The position numbers and the translations under genes were made by a program. Positions 61,371 to 64,000 of a DNA stretch of 64,000 nt are shown in pieces. Position 1 is the first letter of the stretch, and each line of letters begins with the position of its first letter. Below the pieces are notes generated by a model, which saw nothing but the letters and a program-made list of their open reading frames with translations, ran no database searches and was not told where the DNA came from. The stretch comes from Octopus vulgaris (taxonomy: Eukaryota), in contig OX597823.1 in assembly GCA_951406725.2 (NCBI GenBank), positions 70,742,001-70,806,000 of the forward strand. Reading direction: 5' to 3'.

Positions 61371-61428
<58 letters not shown>

Positions 61429-61734
61429 TTTATATATATATGTATTTATATATATACAGTGATAGCTTTGGGTAGCACAGGCCATGCTCCTTCGTATCTA
61501 CGCTAAGTATGTGTGTGTATGTCTTCTTTTAGTTTTGTTGTTGTTGGTGCTACTCTCCGCGTCATTGTTGTTCCTCTTACTTTTGGTCAGTATTATTTCT
61601 TTCACCTTTTTAGGGAATTTCGTGGGGGAATTTTATGACCATCTTCATTGAGTAGGGGATTTTAAGATTATTTCTTTTTAGCTCTTGTTACGAAAAGTAA
61701 CGTAGTGAATAAGTTACTAAAGACAAGATTCCTA

Positions 61735-61975
61735 GCAACATTTTTCAGGGCGTTTTTTAAACTGGTTTCCAAGCCTATAATTGTACCACTGAAAAATTAA
61801 AGGACATGTGTCGACATAGGAAACTACCGGTCTATACCATAATTTTTTCTTGGTCCCTGAAAAATTACCGTAGACCCCCGATTTACTATATCACATCTGT
61901 AGACTCCCAAAATATTATATTGAACCCCCAGAGTCCATGTGGACTCTGCTTGTGGACTCCACTTGAGAACCCTTG
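61735..61975 (-). mobile_element. hAT-like terminal fragment related to 17757-18030
   Basis: Reverse complement begins CAAGGGTTCTCAA and shares AAAAACGCCCTGAAAAATGTTGCTA. Confidence 0.65.
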
Positions 61976-63035
61976 AATTAGATCAATGCAAATTAACAGC
62001 GAAACACCTCCGCATATTTTGGGTAGACCGAGTACTCCGAAAATTCCAGGTAATTTAACCAATGAAATCTGCAGAGTTGAAACGGTGTCAGGTGTCCTGG
62101 AACTCCATGTATGCACCAAAGGAATAACTTACTTTTCACACAGTGTAATCTACAGTAAACGAGAATAAAACGAGTGGGCGTTTCAGGTATTATTACACGT
62201 GTTTCGATAGCAATTCATTCCGAACACAATTTATTCAGATCGTGTTATTTAATATGTAACATTATGCAAGTTCGTGCTCTCACAATGGTGTATCACTTCA
62301 TATAACACTTCTCCGAATATTTTCAGGTGATATGTTGCCAAAAAGCTTAGCAACAAATGACGATTTCTCTATTGAAATTCATTCCTACTTGGATATAACT
62401 AAGTGTTATGACGTGAGTATACACGTCGGGTGTAAAATAGTATTACCCAAATAAATACTTGGAAATCTAGAATAACCTAATACAGAATTATTATGTTCAC
62501 ATGGAACACACCCCGTACTACTTGAACGTAGGTACGATATTAAACCAACACACGTCGCACAAACACAGTAACCAATATGGTCGACCAACAGTCGTCTGCT
62601 CCAGACAGTTCACACAGTTCTTTATTGAAATCCGTTAGTCTACTTCCAGTCACGTGAGAATGTACCTGATCCCACTACTCTAAGATAACAGACAACTCCA
62701 TTTTTAAGCAATACATACAGTAATTCGGTTGACTGTGAAATCAAAATGTTTGATTGGTTGACCTAAAGATAACCACGCAATATGGTATTCTTGTTTGTCA
62801 AGTTTTACTATAAATCCGTGGTTCATGCATTCAATTGTCATATGCTGCCTAAAAGTTAAGCAACGTATCACTTGAGAATATTCAAATGTGTTTTACTTGA
62901 AGAAATGGTATTTTGTGGAAGCACGAACTTGCATAACATTACATATTGAATTACACAATTGTACTCGTGTTCAGAATATATTGCAATAGAAATATTTGGA
63001 GTAATACCCAGAAATCACTATTCGTTTTATTTTTG

Positions 63036-63072
<37 letters not shown>

Positions 63073-63075
<3 letters not shown>

Positions 63076-63290
63076 AGGTGCGTGGCTTAGTGGTTAGGGT
63101 ATCAGCATCATGATTCCTGGACCGGGCGACGCGTTGTGTTCTTGAGCAAAACACTTCATTTCACGTTGCTCCAGTCCACTCAGATGCCAAAAACGAGTTA
63201 TGCTGCGATGGACTGGCGTCCCGTTCAGCTGGGAAACACATACGCCATTGAAACCAGGCCCACGAGCCTGGCTAGGCTTTAAAAAGGCGC
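63073..63290 (+). mobile_element. tRNA-derived SINE with a V/Meta-like conserved domain
   Basis: GTGGCTTAGTGGTTAGGG head, TTGAGCAAAACACTT and CTGCGATGGACTGGCGTCCCGT. Confidence 0.7.
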
Positions 63291-63358
63291 ACATATTTAT
63301 ATTTATATATATATGTATGTATATATACATATATATATTATTTATATTTATATATATG

Positions 63359-63389
<31 letters not shown>

Positions 63390-63400
63390 GTATATATATG

Positions 63401-63449
<49 letters not shown>

Positions 63450-63535
63450 GTATATATATATATATGTATATATATATTTTCATATTTATATTTATATATA
63501 TGTATACACACACACACACAAACACACATATATAT

Positions 63536-63766
63536 ATTTCTTTACTACCTACAAGGGGCTAAACATAGAGGGGACAAACAAAGACAGACAAAGGGATTAA
63601 GTCGATTACATCGACCCCAGTGCGAAACTGGTACTTAATTTATCGACCCCGAAAGGATGAAAGGCAAAGTCGACCTCGGCGGAATTTGAACTCAGAATGT
63701 AACGACAGACGAAATACGGCTACGCATTTCGCCCGGCGTGCTAACGTTTCTGCGAGCTCGCCGCCC
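63536..63766 (-). mobile_element. SINE family B, full length
   Basis: High similarity to 46716-46946. Confidence 0.9.
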
Positions 63767-63782
63767 ATATATATATATATAT

Positions 63783-64000
63783 AGGCGCAGGCGTGGCTGT
63801 ATGGTAATACTCTTGCTTTTCAACCACATGGTTCCACCTTTCGTGACACTTTGGGCAAATGTCTTCTACTATAGCTTCCGGCCGACCAAAGTCTTGTGAG
63901 TGTAGTTTTGTTGGCGGAAACTGAAAGAAGCTTGTTATATATATGTATGTATATATATATGCGTGTGTCTCTGTGCTTGTGTTTGTTCCCACTACCGCTT
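63783..64000 (+). mobile_element. SINE family A, runs off the window
   Basis: GGCGCAGGCGTGGCTGTATGGTAA head and shared body. Confidence 0.85.

Overview
This is AT-rich, microsatellite-dense animal genomic DNA. The SINE families and (TA)n/(CA)n/(TATG)n load suggest an octopus or other cephalopod (inference). I found no confident host protein-coding gene, and most short ORFs in the track are microsatellite artefacts. The window is a transposon field dominated by Penelope-like retroelements (PLEs). It holds one nearly intact Neptune-type PLE (RT plus GIY-YIG, 10584-13490, broken only by single-C losses in C runs) and a 5'-truncated Neptune-type PLE with a ~2.9 kb CA-rich 3' region. There are also several decayed Naiad-like and other PLE fragments and many solo or inverted pseudo-LTRs. 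About 14 type I hammerhead-ribozyme-like motifs from several unrelated families are readable in the sequence: minimal, core-variant, long-stem-II and a palindromic double form. Nearly all of the pseudo-LTR ends abut (TA)n tracts. Also present are tRNA-derived SINEs (two with 3' tails matching LINEs in this window), a Tx1/L1-like LINE inserted in a SINE head with a 12-bp TSD, RTE and RLE LINE remnants, a decayed Gypsy element, Tc1/mariner and hAT remnants, and MITE-like inverted repeats.
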